This document shows positions 21,394 through 36,008 of a stretch of DNA of 64,000 bases, piece by piece. Position 1 is the first letter of the stretch. Every line of letters starts with the position of its first letter. Origin of the DNA: Candidatus Bathyarchaeota archaeon. Lineage in GTDB: Archaea > Thermoproteota > Bathyarchaeia > 40CM-2-53-6. The stretch covers positions 352,001 through 416,000 of the forward strand of contig CAVPLU010000004.1 in the NCBI GenBank assembly GCA_963706285.1, given 5' to 3'. The notes beneath the pieces are model-generated. The model was given only the letters and a program-made list of their open reading frames with translations, was not told where the DNA came from and did no database searches. The position numbers and the translations under genes were made by a program.

Positions 21394-21409
21394 GCGGAAA
21401 TGTTTATAT
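21394..21409 (+). promoter_or_regulatory. Putative BRE/TATA promoter of the rRNA operon
   Basis: gcggaaatg TTTATAT about 265 nt before 16S, followed by a structured leader. Confidence 0.55.
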
Positions 21410-21671
21410 CCCGTGGGACGTGAGTCGTGAATCCAGCCAAGATCGCTTGGCTTCCCGCACTTTCCGTGGCGGCGTCAACTGGACTATGAGGGCGTTTCGC
21501 CCTCGGATGAAGTGTTGACCTCCAATTGCGGGAAAATTCGTGAAGGCCCGAACAAACAGCAGTCATCATTGACTTGCTGGAACGCTTGGGTCCAATGTAG
21601 GCTTGCAGTCACCTGCCAATTTCCAGTCCGTTTCACATTTTCATGTGTGACGGTATTTCCATATCGTCCTA

Positions 21672-23198
<1,527 letters not shown>

Positions 23199-23345
23199 TA
23201 GAAAAGATGAGGCGGACTGGAAGACAAATGAGATGACTGTGAGCTAATCGTATCGAATCAAATGCAACTTCCAACATCAATGTTGGAGGTGAAGGGCGCA
23301 GTGGGCATCCTATAGCGTACGGATGATCGCAATGAGCATCGTGCA

Positions 23346-26478
<3,133 letters not shown>

Positions 26479-26569
26479 AAACACGTGCTTACCTTTTTTC
26501 TATAATTTCAAGTCTGCAGCGTGAGCTATAGTCGCAACTCTTGAGTACTGCATTAGGCATACATTGGAA

Positions 26570-26867
26570 TGGTTGGCGAGCCGGTGGGCGACTTCCGAGC
26601 TTCGGCTTGAGGAAACTCCACCCACAAGACGGAGGCGCGACGTTGCGAGACGTCAGGCGAGAGCCTGGGCGAGGACACAGAAAGAAAACCGGCATCAGTC
26701 AATGGCAATGAGGCGAAGACGCCGAGGAGACTATTGTCAGGGTGAAACGTCTGCCCGCGTTGTGAAAGGGATAATAGGCACTGATGAACGCCGTCCGAGG
26801 TGCGGGTATCCCGATTAGACAAATGTCGCCGCGAACAGAAGGTGGGTTACGGCCGGCACGCCAACCA
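26570..26867 (+). ncRNA. rnpB: RNase P RNA
   Basis: GAGGAAACTCCACCC and AACAGAAGGTGGGTTA (P4), ACAGAAA and GGGTGAAACG conserved regions; terminal P1 TGGTTGGCG/CGCCAACCA. Confidence 0.95.
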
Positions 26868-26912
26868 ATTATCGCAAATTCCCAATCGCATAGAAATCGG
26901 AGGACCCCAACA

Positions 26913-27716
26913 TTGATTGATGTCTTGACGCTTGATGTGACAGGACTTCTAGCCAGTTTCACATTTCTAATCTACTCTTCATGGAGTGACATCAAGAGCA
27001 GAGAGGTCTCCGATCGAGTATGGTTGATCTTCTATCCAGTGGGTCTTGTGCTGACTGCAATTAGACTATTCGTCCAAACCGATGTATGGGTACTGATACT
27101 CGTCTCGCTTTTCAGCACGATTGTGATCTCTCTTCTGTTGCCGTATCTTGGATTCTGGGGTGGAGCGGATGGAAAAGGCTTCATCTGCCTTGCGCTCATG
27201 AATCCACTAATTCCTGCGCTCGACGGAAACCTATCCCACATCATCGACCCATTCTTTCCACTTGTTGTATTCTCCAACGCTTACGTTGCATCCCTCACAT
27301 CGATAGCCTATCCTATCCAAAGAAACCTGAGGGAGTGTCTCCGAGGCATGCTCTTTGAGGGATTCGAGCACGAGAGCTTTCTACACAAGCTGACAGCCTT
27401 TCTCACAGGGTACAAGGTTCAGATCGATGAGTTGGAGTCAAAGCCTCACCTTTTCCTTCTGGAATCGGTTCATTGGCAAGAATCAAAAGCTAGGCGAAGA
27501 TTCGAATTCGATCCCAGGATCAACTTTGATCGCAGCAGAGAACTGGCAGAGATCAGAGCAGCAGGTTCAGGATTACTTGGTCGCGGGGTCTGGGTAAGTC
27601 CTGGTCTTCCGTTCCTGATCTTTGTCACGTTGGGCTTGGGGATCTCTCTGCTATTCGGTGACGTCGTGTGGTCGTTTGTCTCAGCTGTAATGCACGCTAT
27701 CTCGGCTCTAGTCTAG
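26913..27716 (+). CDS. A24 prepilin/preflagellin peptidase (FlaK/PibD-like)
   Basis: SDIKSREV, GGADGK, VWVSPGLPF; GGAGG before TTG 26913. Confidence 0.92.
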   Translation: MIDVLTLDVTGLLASFTFLIYSSWSDIKSREVSDRVWLIFYPVGLVLTAIRLFVQTDVWVLILVSLFSTIVISLLLPYLGFWGGADGKGFICLALMNPLIPALDGNLSHIIDPFFPLVVFSNAYVASLTSIAYPIQRNLRECLRGMLFEGFEHESFLHKLTAFLTGYKVQIDELESKPHLFLLESVHWQESKARRRFEFDPRINFDRSRELAEIRAAGSGLLGRGVWVSPGLPFLIFVTLGLGISLLFGDVVWSFVSAVMHAISALV

Positions 27717-28264
27717 GAATCCACGTCGCGAGTCTCAAGGCCGTAGTCCAACTGAACTTTGACAATACCCACTTCGCTGTTCACGCGAGCGTAGCTGGTG
27801 AGCAGTTCCTTGTTCAAACCCAAGAAGGTTTCACCCCATCCAAACGGGGAGAGAAGTTCCCTCGCTTGCGATCTGAATCCCATGATATGCAGGGCAGCGC
27901 CCAGAGCCTCAGCGGTAGATAGTCTTCCTATCCTTGCATAGTTCACTGGATTCGCTGCCATCAGAGGAGGAAGCTTGCGGCTTGCCCCAGGAAACTGAGT
28001 CATGAAGACTCCCTCGGCTTTCTCCCAAGAGCAATCAATCGCTATGACCCCTGATCTAACAGCGTTAGTAGCGTCCGACCGCAATAGAAACCTGGGCGAA
28101 GCAGGATTCAAAACGATCGGATCCCCTCGTATCCTCGACATTCTTCGCAGGGGGATCGCGAGCCCCCTTCTCGTGAGAAGCGAGGCAGTGCACTTGCGTG
28201 GGTCATCCTGTTCCATCATGTACACGAAGATCCTTGGTCGACCTGTGTGCAGCTTGCTTCGCAT
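27713..28264 (-). CDS. tsr3: SSU rRNA aminocarboxypropyltransferase Tsr3
   Basis: DDPRKCTA, IDCSW, LMAANPVNY, LSTAEA, FGWGETF. Confidence 0.93.
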   Translation of the reverse strand: MRSKLHTGRPRIFVYMMEQDDPRKCTASLLTRRGLAIPLRRMSRIRGDPIVLNPASPRFLLRSDATNAVRSGVIAIDCSWEKAEGVFMTQFPGASRKLPPLMAANPVNYARIGRLSTAEALGAALHIMGFRSQARELLSPFGWGETFLGLNKELLTSYARVNSEVGIVKVQLDYGLETRDVDS

Positions 28265-28514
28265 CCGACTTCGCTTCTGAATGATGAGTCGAGTCGTCGA
28301 CTGATAGGTCTTCGGAATGTGAGCTCTGTTACATTCTCGTCTGGTGCAAGGTCATCTTTGTTCAGTTAGCAGACGGTTCTTGACACCAAGGGCAAACAGG
28401 TACAACAGACGAGGACTTGACAATACCATTTCACGGCAACCTAGAACAAGAATTCGTATGTTCATTCGATTCCAGTTGGATTAAACAATTTATACCAAAC
28501 GGCCCAATGAAGCT

Positions 28515-28787
28515 GTGATTGTGATGACGACAGGTTTTGATGAATTCGACAACAGAATCCATGACTTGGTTGAACGGGAAAACGAGTGTGATGACCTGTT
28601 CAAAGATATCAAGAATGGCAACGGCGAAAACTCACTGCGCTATTTTGCACTAAGAGATACTTGCAAAGAGTTGAGAAAAGGAATTTTCAAAAGTGCCATG
28701 TCGGCAGGATTAACGCGGGAAAGCATCAAGATGGAGATCAATGAAGTAAGAAGCGAGACGATCGCTACTAACGCGAAGCAGACGTAG
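28515..28787 (+). CDS. Hypothetical helical protein
   Basis: 90-aa ORF with TTTATA upstream in an AT-richer block. Confidence 0.5.
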   Translation: MIVMTTGFDEFDNRIHDLVERENECDDLFKDIKNGNGENSLRYFALRDTCKELRKGIFKSAMSAGLTRESIKMEINEVRSETIATNAKQT

Positions 28788-28990
28788 CAAGAAACATCTG
28801 AATCAACCGATTTCTTACAACAGGAACCAGTATGTCATCAGCCGACTCTTTACAGGCTTCTCCATCAACCGTACACTAGACAGTGTTGGAATGTGAGAGC
28901 TGTCAAGTCCTCGGTTTATTGTGCGTCCTGAATGGGTTGTCAAAAGTCGGATGATTAGTTACTTTGACACAGGCTATTACCGATCAAGAT

Positions 28991-29395
28991 TCAAGCCAGA
29001 CTCCATCTGAACACATTTGGCTTGTTTAGGACCCCGAGTTCCTGCAAGACTGCCGCGAGTTGTTGCTCACAAGTCTCCGGAACGATCACATGGAAAGGCA
29101 CAACTTTGCCTTCAGATTTTCCTGCGGTCATCTGCCTGCTTGAGAAGTCTTCGAATTGCTCTTTGCTTTTGTTTGAGGTCAAGTCATCACATGTTTTCGC
29201 TTCACCTATGATGTTGATTCCTTCCTTGTCGTCGTAAGCTCGGATGTCTGGTTCGTGTCTTCCTGCTTTTTCTGGTTCGTCGAAACCGGGGTATGATGCT
29301 TTGCGAATCTTGAATCCGTCCTTGAGGAATTTCTCAATCAACGTCTTCACAAGCCTCTGATGCTCGTTGCTTGCAGCCTCTAGAACTCTTGCCAC
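28991..29395 (-). CDS. Small PD-(D/E)XK nuclease-fold protein
   Basis: H..L helix, EPDIRA and IIGEAKT; GGTGA RBS. Confidence 0.65.
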   Translation of the reverse strand: MARVLEAASNEHQRLVKTLIEKFLKDGFKIRKASYPGFDEPEKAGRHEPDIRAYDDKEGINIIGEAKTCDDLTSNKSKEQFEDFSSRQMTAGKSEGKVVPFHVIVPETCEQQLAAVLQELGVLNKPNVFRWSLA

Positions 29396-29460
29396 CTATG
29401 GTCACCATCTCTGATTCGCTCAAAATGCCTTATAAAAGGTCGGATATGCTGGCCCGTGCC

Positions 29461-29965
29461 GATTTCTCAAGATCAAGGGCAATCCGAAGTATCTCTACGC
29501 TCTCCTAGACGATGAGACAAGGTTCTGGATAGCGAAAGAGGTTGCGGGCGACAAGATGAGCCGTGAAGCAACCGAGTACGCAAGCGATCTATTCCGACAA
29601 GGCAAAGAAGTCACGGGCAAGAAGCCACGTACACTCATCACTGACGGCTTGAAAGCCTATCACCTAGCGTACAAGCGTGAGTTCTTCTCGTCTGAAAGAC
29701 CACGAACGGAACATCTCACTTGGCAAGATGACGGAGTGGATAATCGAAAGATGGAGTCATTCAACGGAAACACGGTGAGGGTTCGAGAGAAGGTTATGCG
29801 CTCACTCAAGACAGAGGACAGCCCAATACTGGACGGGTATGCAAATCTTCCACAACTACCTCAGACCGAACCAAGGAATAGGCAACCACACACCCTCAGA
29901 ACTTGCAGGAATCCAAGTCGAACGGAGAGAACAAGTGGATCACACTAATCCAAAACGCCAGCCAA
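29461..29965 (+). mobile_element. IS6-like DDE transposase remnant
   Basis: YLYALLDDETRFWIA, LITDGLKAY, NRKMESFNG, then frameshifted FHNYLRP..TPSELAGI; N-terminus missing. Confidence 0.8.
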
Positions 29966-30122
29966 GCGGAGCGGAGATCACGATGACCGAAGCTCGAAGA
30001 ATCAATTTACACGACGATCTAAACTGAGTCGTTATGTATCATCTAGAAGCGCATCCGTTTATAGGCACGAGATCGAATTGGGCAACATGATTCGAGTCAG
30101 GTAGCAAGTGTAATTCGGGCAA

Positions 30123-30644
30123 ATGTGTACCGAAAACACCAAGCCGACAAGAACGGGCTCTTGCACGATGCACTCTATGGAGAACAAGATAGGAATACGC
30201 GTTGTGAAGGAATCGGGGTATCAAAGACCGCTTTGCATGTTCACGCAACGCCCGGAGTATCCAGCGCTACGTAACACGACAACGTCGACCGATTGGCTCA
30301 ATACTAGAGACCCGCAACTGAAGAATGCAGATAACGTAGACATAGCGCTGCCGAAGAAAATCACGACTGAGAAGGACACTTGGTCATTCACTATAGAACA
30401 AGCAGGAGAACGCAAGACGAGAAAGTCAACCGACTATCCAGCGATACTAAAGATAGTAGATGCATCAGACCAAACGTTTTTACAGCGTCATCAGACCAAA
30501 CACAGACTTAACAGCGCTGGAATGTGGAATATTTTTAAGTTGGATTGGTTGGAACCGGAAGATGCCAATCTTCCTCCATATCGGCCTTATCCGCTCTCGC
30601 GGATAGCCAGTGGAGGAGGGTTGGCGCTTCTCGATTCGACTTGA
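30123..30644 (+). CDS. Hypothetical protein, possibly degenerate
   Basis: 173-aa ORF with no recognisable motif. Confidence 0.4.
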   Translation: MCTENTKPTRTGSCTMHSMENKIGIRVVKESGYQRPLCMFTQRPEYPALRNTTTSTDWLNTRDPQLKNADNVDIALPKKITTEKDTWSFTIEQAGERKTRKSTDYPAILKIVDASDQTFLQRHQTKHRLNSAGMWNIFKLDWLEPEDANLPPYRPYPLSRIASGGGLALLDST

Positions 30645-32181
30645 TCACTGCGTTGCGCGTAGTTCCTTGTGCAGCATCGGTTCATTCATGATCTTGGGAA
30701 TCAAGTGGATCAGATCGGTTGGTGCGAGATGATTGCCCAACTCTACCACTGCAAGATCCCCTGCCGCTCCGTTGATGAATGCGCCGGCAACTGAGGCCTT
30801 GAATTCGGTTACGCCTTGTGCCATCAAACCCGCAACTATTCCTGACAGGACGTCACCTGTGCCCCCGACCGTCATCGCCGGGTTACCTGTTCGGTTGAGC
30901 TTCACGCGCTTACCGTCGGAGACGATGTCCACGTGGCCCTTCAGAAGAACCGTTCCGCCTAAGGCGATCGCCAGCGAGCGAGTCTCTTCGACCCTTTTCT
31001 TTGGATCGTCCGAGGGTGCTCGACCTGATAGGACCTGGAATTCTCCTGCATGAGGCGTTGCAACAACGGGAAACCCCACGCGTTTTGTTATCTTTCCCAT
31101 CGCCTTGATCGCGTCGGCATCAATCAGTGTAGGCTTCTTACATTCCTTCACTGTGCTCAGAATCTTAGCCACAGCCTTGACGGTCTCGTTATGCGTTCCG
31201 AGCCCAGGCCCGATCGCCACGCAAGTCGATCTCTCGATGTGAGGTCTAAGTATTCCAACGTTGTTTTCGTTCAGATGATCGCCGGGAAGTCTGATTGTTA
31301 TCAGATTCGGCGAGAACGATGCTATAGAACGCGGCAGTCTTCTCTGGAGCTGCAACAAAGACCAGGTCAACCCCAGTCCGGAGTCCTGCAAGCGCGACAA
31401 GGGACGGAGCACCTGAATAGGTTTCGTTTCCTCCGATTACTAGAAGCCGACCGAAATCTCCTTTGTGCGATTCAGGAAACCTAGGTGTCGTTACGTCCTC
31501 CACATCGCCGGGGCCGGCATAGTTCTCCGCTTCAGGGGGAATTCCTATTCCTGCGACTTTGACCTCTCCGCAATACTTCTTGGCTAATCGCAGGCCTGGT
31601 TTCCTCGCGTGGAACGTGATGGTCAGGTTTGCGTTCAGGGCTTCTCCGAGAACGCCTCCTGTATCAGAATCTATTCCGGTCGGCACATCGACGGCGACCT
31701 TGAAGCATTTCATCTCGTTGATGGTCTCAACCGCTCTCGTGATAGGTTGTCGTAAGGCGCCTCTTGCACCGGTCCCGAGCAGTGCATCGACGACGACATC
31801 GCACTTACGTGACGAAATCTGCGACGAATCTCTGGCAACTTCAATCGTCACGGTCTCTGACATCGCGTTGATTGCGTGCCAGTTGATGGATGTCGCTTCA
31901 TCACGTATTTCGCTTGGAGCACCAACTAGAACTAAGGTGACATGGAATCCACGGCTTGCCAGATGCCTCGTCGCCACCATCCCATCTCCGCCGTTCCTGC
32001 CAGTTCCGGCGAACACGACAATCTTTGAGTTCGGCTTGAATCGGCTGGATACTTCGTCTGAGACCGCCTTTCCTGCATTCTCCATAAGTTGAAGCGTAGA
32101 GACGCCAAGGTACTCTGCATTCCTGTCAAGTATGCGAGACTCGCGTGAACTAACTTCCCTGACGACTCCTTGAGAGATCAT
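30645..32181 (-). CDS. nnr: Bifunctional NAD(P)HX epimerase/dehydratase, frameshift at about 31328
   Basis: LMENAG, GRNGGDG, DALLGTG, SHKGDFG, GPGLG, TPHAGEF, GGTGDVL; one extra base splits the ORF. Confidence 0.9.
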
Positions 32182-32357
32182 GAGTAGACCACAGAACCCC
32201 TGCGTGTAGACATCTTCTGTCGATTGATATATGGTGGTATGCCCAGTAGTCGCTTCGCACACCACACCTAGCGCACTGAAGAAATGTGTTTGGCGAAGGC
32301 ATATTGCAAACTCTTTTAGGTATGTTGTCTTGATCTGAAATCCAAGAGGTTGCACAA

Positions 32358-32594
32358 TTGCCGTCCGCTTTTGTCCTCATCAATGCGGAGATAGGATCCG
32401 AAGACGACGTCCTGAAGCAACTGAAAGCGCTGCCAAACGTCAAAGAATCATACGTAGTGTATGGCGTCTACGACATTGTCGCCAAAGTCTCGGCCGATAC
32501 AATGGATAAACTGAAGGAGATCGTGACGTGGAAGATACGCAGACTCGACAAGGTGCGTTCCACCCTAACGATGATCGTCGTCGAGGGAACTTAG
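32358..32594 (+). CDS. Stand-alone Lrp/AsnC ligand-binding (RAM) domain
   Basis: AFVLIN...VYGVYDIVAKV...STLTMIV. Confidence 0.9.
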   Translation: MPSAFVLINAEIGSEDDVLKQLKALPNVKESYVVYGVYDIVAKVSADTMDKLKEIVTWKIRRLDKVRSTLTMIVVEGT

Positions 32595-32648
32595 CAGAGT
32601 ATATCGACGCATCACGAATCTCTTACAATCCTGCCGGGATAGTTCCGA

Positions 32649-33965
32649 GTGAGAATCCACTTAGGAATTGACGACACAGACTCGCTGGCAGGCGGATGCA
32701 CCACTAGAATTGCAGCAAATCTAGTTTCGATACTAGATTCGAAAGGAGTAGCCTTCCTAGACTATCCAAATCTCATCAGGCTCAACCCAAATGTCCCTTG
32801 GAAGACAAGGGGAAACGGAGCAGTCTGCCTCAGGATAGAATCGAACCTAAACACTGAGGAGGTCCTTGAGCTTGCTGCGGAAGAGATTGAGCGGAACGCA
32901 AGACTCGGCGACCCAGGCACAGATCCAGGCATCGTTGTGCTTGCGGGCGCAATCCCATCAGATCTTGAAGAATTCAGTAAAGAAGCGCTCACACGCGTTG
33001 TCACACCTCGCGAGGCGGTGTCTGCGATTTCGAGAGTCGGGGCCGAGGCACTGAGCTACGGCTCGATCCAAGGAATTGTCGGTGCACTCGCGTCGATCGG
33101 GATGCCATTAGAAGATGACTATACTTTCGAGTTAATTGCGTACAGGTCAGATGATTTCATTGGAAAACCGAGGCTCGTTGACAATGAGTCAGTGGTGCGG
33201 ATGAATAAGGAAATGGAGCAAGTCACATTCAACAATGTTGATCCGGAAACTGGAAGAATCCTAATCACTCCGAGAGGGTCCGATCCGATTCTATGCGGTG
33301 TAAGAGGAGAAAGCCCGGAGGCTGTACGCAAGGCATTTCATATGCTCAGAATCAGTGAACCAGTCAAGGCTTGGATGATCTTCAGAACTAACCAAGGGAC
33401 CGACGCCCATCTGACTAGGCGCTGCAGGATTGCAGAGCTGCAAGATCACTCGTCGATCGTCGTTGAAGGCACCGTGAAGGAGAAGCCTAGAACGATTCGT
33501 GGAGGTCACGTGATTTTCGTTCTTGAGGATGAAACGGGCTCGGTCAATTGTGCGGCGTATGAGCCTACAGGGAGATTCAGAGAGACTATTAGGCAACTGG
33601 AAGTTGGAGATCGAGTGCGGGGATTTGGAGGCATGAGATCCGCCGGCAAGTCGATCCCGAGGACTCTCAATCTGGAGAAGCTTGAGACTCTCAAGCTTGT
33701 TGCATGCACGCAAAGCCGCAACCCTGTGTGCCCAAACTGTGGAAAGCGAATGAAGTCAGCAGGCAGGAGACAAGGTTATCGTTGTGAACGTTGTGGAAGC
33801 CACGCAACATCGAAGGTCCAGCAAGAATCTAGTAGAGATCTTGTGAAACGAATTTATCTGCCGCCACCGAGAGCACATCGTCATCTAACGAAGCCGGAAG
33901 TCCGTTATTTGAGAACGCGCACGGAGATCAGCGGGCCGCCATCGCCGAAGTGGCATTTTCCGTGA
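32649..33965 (+). CDS. tiaS: tRNA(Ile2) agmatinylcytidine synthase
   Basis: GIDDTDS..GGCTT, RLNPNVPWKTRGNG, TNQGTD, OB fold, Zn ribbon, HLTKP. Confidence 0.95.
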   Translation: MRIHLGIDDTDSLAGGCTTRIAANLVSILDSKGVAFLDYPNLIRLNPNVPWKTRGNGAVCLRIESNLNTEEVLELAAEEIERNARLGDPGTDPGIVVLAGAIPSDLEEFSKEALTRVVTPREAVSAISRVGAEALSYGSIQGIVGALASIGMPLEDDYTFELIAYRSDDFIGKPRLVDNESVVRMNKEMEQVTFNNVDPETGRILITPRGSDPILCGVRGESPEAVRKAFHMLRISEPVKAWMIFRTNQGTDAHLTRRCRIAELQDHSSIVVEGTVKEKPRTIRGGHVIFVLEDETGSVNCAAYEPTGRFRETIRQLEVGDRVRGFGGMRSAGKSIPRTLNLEKLETLKLVACTQSRNPVCPNCGKRMKSAGRRQGYRCERCGSHATSKVQQESSRDLVKRIYLPPPRAHRHLTKPEVRYLRTRTEISGPPSPKWHFP

Positions 33966-34120
33966 TTACAATTTATCGGAGCATCCGAATGCCTGCGTGA
34001 TGGTCGCGTTTGCGATCTTCTCTTGCAGACGAGTATCGCTCGCTTAGTGCTTGGCTATTGTGGACTCTAGAAGATGCTGCGGCTTTCGCAAGATGGTTTG
34101 GTGGAGACGTTACGGACCAA

Positions 34121-34265
34121 TGGTATTCCCCCAGAACCGCTTTGCGCGGTTCTGTGCGGGGGGTGGATCTTCGGTCTTTCGTCAGACTTTCGAACCACCG
34201 ATCTCAGGGTTTCCCAGGAGGCTCATATGAGCCCTGCGGGTTAAACCTGGCTACCCCACCCCGCT
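34121..34265 (-). tRNA. Initiator tRNA-Met(CAT) with introns at 37/38 (34211-34225), 59/60 (34168-34188) and 71/72 (34126-34155)
   Basis: After splicing: A1:U72, AGCGGGG/CCCCGCT, three G:C pairs in the anticodon stem, TTCGAAT loop, ACCA end. Confidence 0.92.
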
Positions 34266-34313
34266 GTTCTGAGATCTCCGCACGTCTCCGAGCCAAGACT
34301 CTCATGTCCAGAA

Positions 34314-34326
34314 GTTAAAGGTTTTC
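34314..34326 (-). promoter_or_regulatory. Putative BRE/TATA promoter of tRNA-iMet
   Basis: GAAAACC TTTAAC, placing the start near 34289. Confidence 0.55.
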
Positions 34327-34706
34327 AGGATAGGTTAGGAAAGCTGTCGGCGAAAATCCACGGATTCAATCCGGTCGTTCGCCGACGATGCACACTGCCT
34401 CATCATTACTCATCCGGCGAGTCACTGAGTCTCTCATCATCGTCTTTGTGGTTATCTGGCCGCCGTCGGCCTAGTTAGGGCACAATTTGTTCCCGAGGCC
34501 TGAATCGTTTGCTCAAAAATGACCGTTTCAGGCTGCTGCCTGTGCTGCTGCGCTTGTTATAAGCTGTCAGGGACGTGTGATGCGCTGAGCTGTGCCGACT
34601 CTGATCAGCAGAGTGCCTGCAAATTAGGCGTTCCTCTATCAATTCCCGCATGATTCCTTAACGCTTTTTCATCCAGGGGTGTACTCATAGCCTCTGACTT
34701 GGTGCT

Positions 34707-35651
34707 TTGGTGCCCTTTCTGCAATCGTCCCTGCCGTACCGAGGGTCGCACAATCATTATCTGATGATTGACCACACGTGGGTTGATTGTCGATACACTT
34801 TGGAGGCTCAGTTCCAGAATCCCGTAGTGATTAAGCCGCCTGAGGTTGTTGCTGCTCACGACTTTCTTCTGATAGGATGGATTCTATTACTTTTGATGTC
34901 TCTTCCTTGGCTCGGCTTAGGCACACTCTCACTTGCTGTCGGATCATTGTTGTTCGTGGGTTACCCAGCTGCAACGGTCGTTGCCATGCTAGCAACTGGA
35001 AGCACCATTATTGATGCATGGACGGCGTTTTTCGCTTTCACATTCGCAACCCAAGCTCTCTCACCGCTCTTGATTGGAGCCGGGGCTATCGCTGTCTTTC
35101 TCATATTCATCGGAGTGATTTACTTCACAACGGTTAGAAGGACTAGTACTGGCAACTACGAGGGGGCCAGAGCTGCCTCACTATTCTTCGGTGTGATCTT
35201 GATTCTAGTCTCACTAGCGTCTTTCGCCGCTTTCCTTGGATACCCCTTTGCCGCAAGTGCATCGCTCCTCATTCTCCCAGCCCTGTTCTTCTTAATGGGA
35301 TATGGAAAGATGGGCGAGGTCATAGCGAGATACGGACCTAGGGCGGTTCTTTCAGACTCGTCTCCAATAGAGACAGCACCGCAAATTCCAAGTGGAGCAG
35401 CAATTCCACCTATGCCAATGATGGCCGCACCAGCGATGGGAATGGGTACAATCGCGATCCCAGCAAATCCCGGTGGAGTTGTTCAAATGCCAGCACCGCC
35501 TCAACCACAGCCAGCACCGCCTCAACCACAATACCAACATCTCGGAGGAGCAGTCCCACGCGTTCCACTTTGCCCCACATGCGGACGAGAACTCTTCTAC
35601 GCTACGAACTACAAGCGATGGTACTGTCTAGTCTGTGAAAGCCGCAGGTAG
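34707..35651 (+). CDS. Membrane protein with Pro-rich linker and C-terminal Zn ribbon
   Basis: Several TM helices, PAPPQPQ x2 (21-nt repeat), CPTCG...RWYCLVC; start probably downstream of 34707. Confidence 0.75.
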   Translation: MVPFLQSSLPYRGSHNHYLMIDHTWVDCRYTLEAQFQNPVVIKPPEVVAAHDFLLIGWILLLLMSLPWLGLGTLSLAVGSLLFVGYPAATVVAMLATGSTIIDAWTAFFAFTFATQALSPLLIGAGAIAVFLIFIGVIYFTTVRRTSTGNYEGARAASLFFGVILILVSLASFAAFLGYPFAASASLLILPALFFLMGYGKMGEVIARYGPRAVLSDSSPIETAPQIPSGAAIPPMPMMAAPAMGMGTIAIPANPGGVVQMPAPPQPQPAPPQPQYQHLGGAVPRVPLCPTCGRELFYATNYKRWYCLVCESRR

Positions 35652-36008
35652 AGTCACGCGCCCTCCTAACTCTGCCTGACACCACCTTTGTGCACTACGT
35701 TCCGATCTGGCTCGCGTAACGGCATCGGCATGAAGACTATGGACTCCCTAGGTCTCATGCACAATTGCCCACGTTGACGTTTGCTCTTGGTACGTGTGCA
35801 TGCACGAAGCCCCCGACGATAACCAAATTGAGCTGTTCTTAGAGCCTTAATGTGTCTGCCAGGCGTTCCTGTACTTTCTTATGATTCTGGTAGCCAAAGC
35901 ACCTGCTTCGATTAGTCGCGTTTGCCACCGACTGGCACTGATAAGGTCTCAATTCCAGTACTTCATAACCTAAAATATTGGAGTCGAAAACGATGGGTGG
36001 ATGGAACC

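Noticed and set aside
34121-34265. CAT tRNA beside tiaS as tRNA-Ile2
   Set aside because: A1:U72 and the three G:C anticodon-stem pairs identify the initiator tRNA.
34010-34318. 102-aa ORF after tiaS
   Set aside because: Antisense to tRNA-iMet, with no protein features.
35490-35531. 21-nt tandem repeat
   Set aside because: Only encodes a PAPPQPQ linker duplication.
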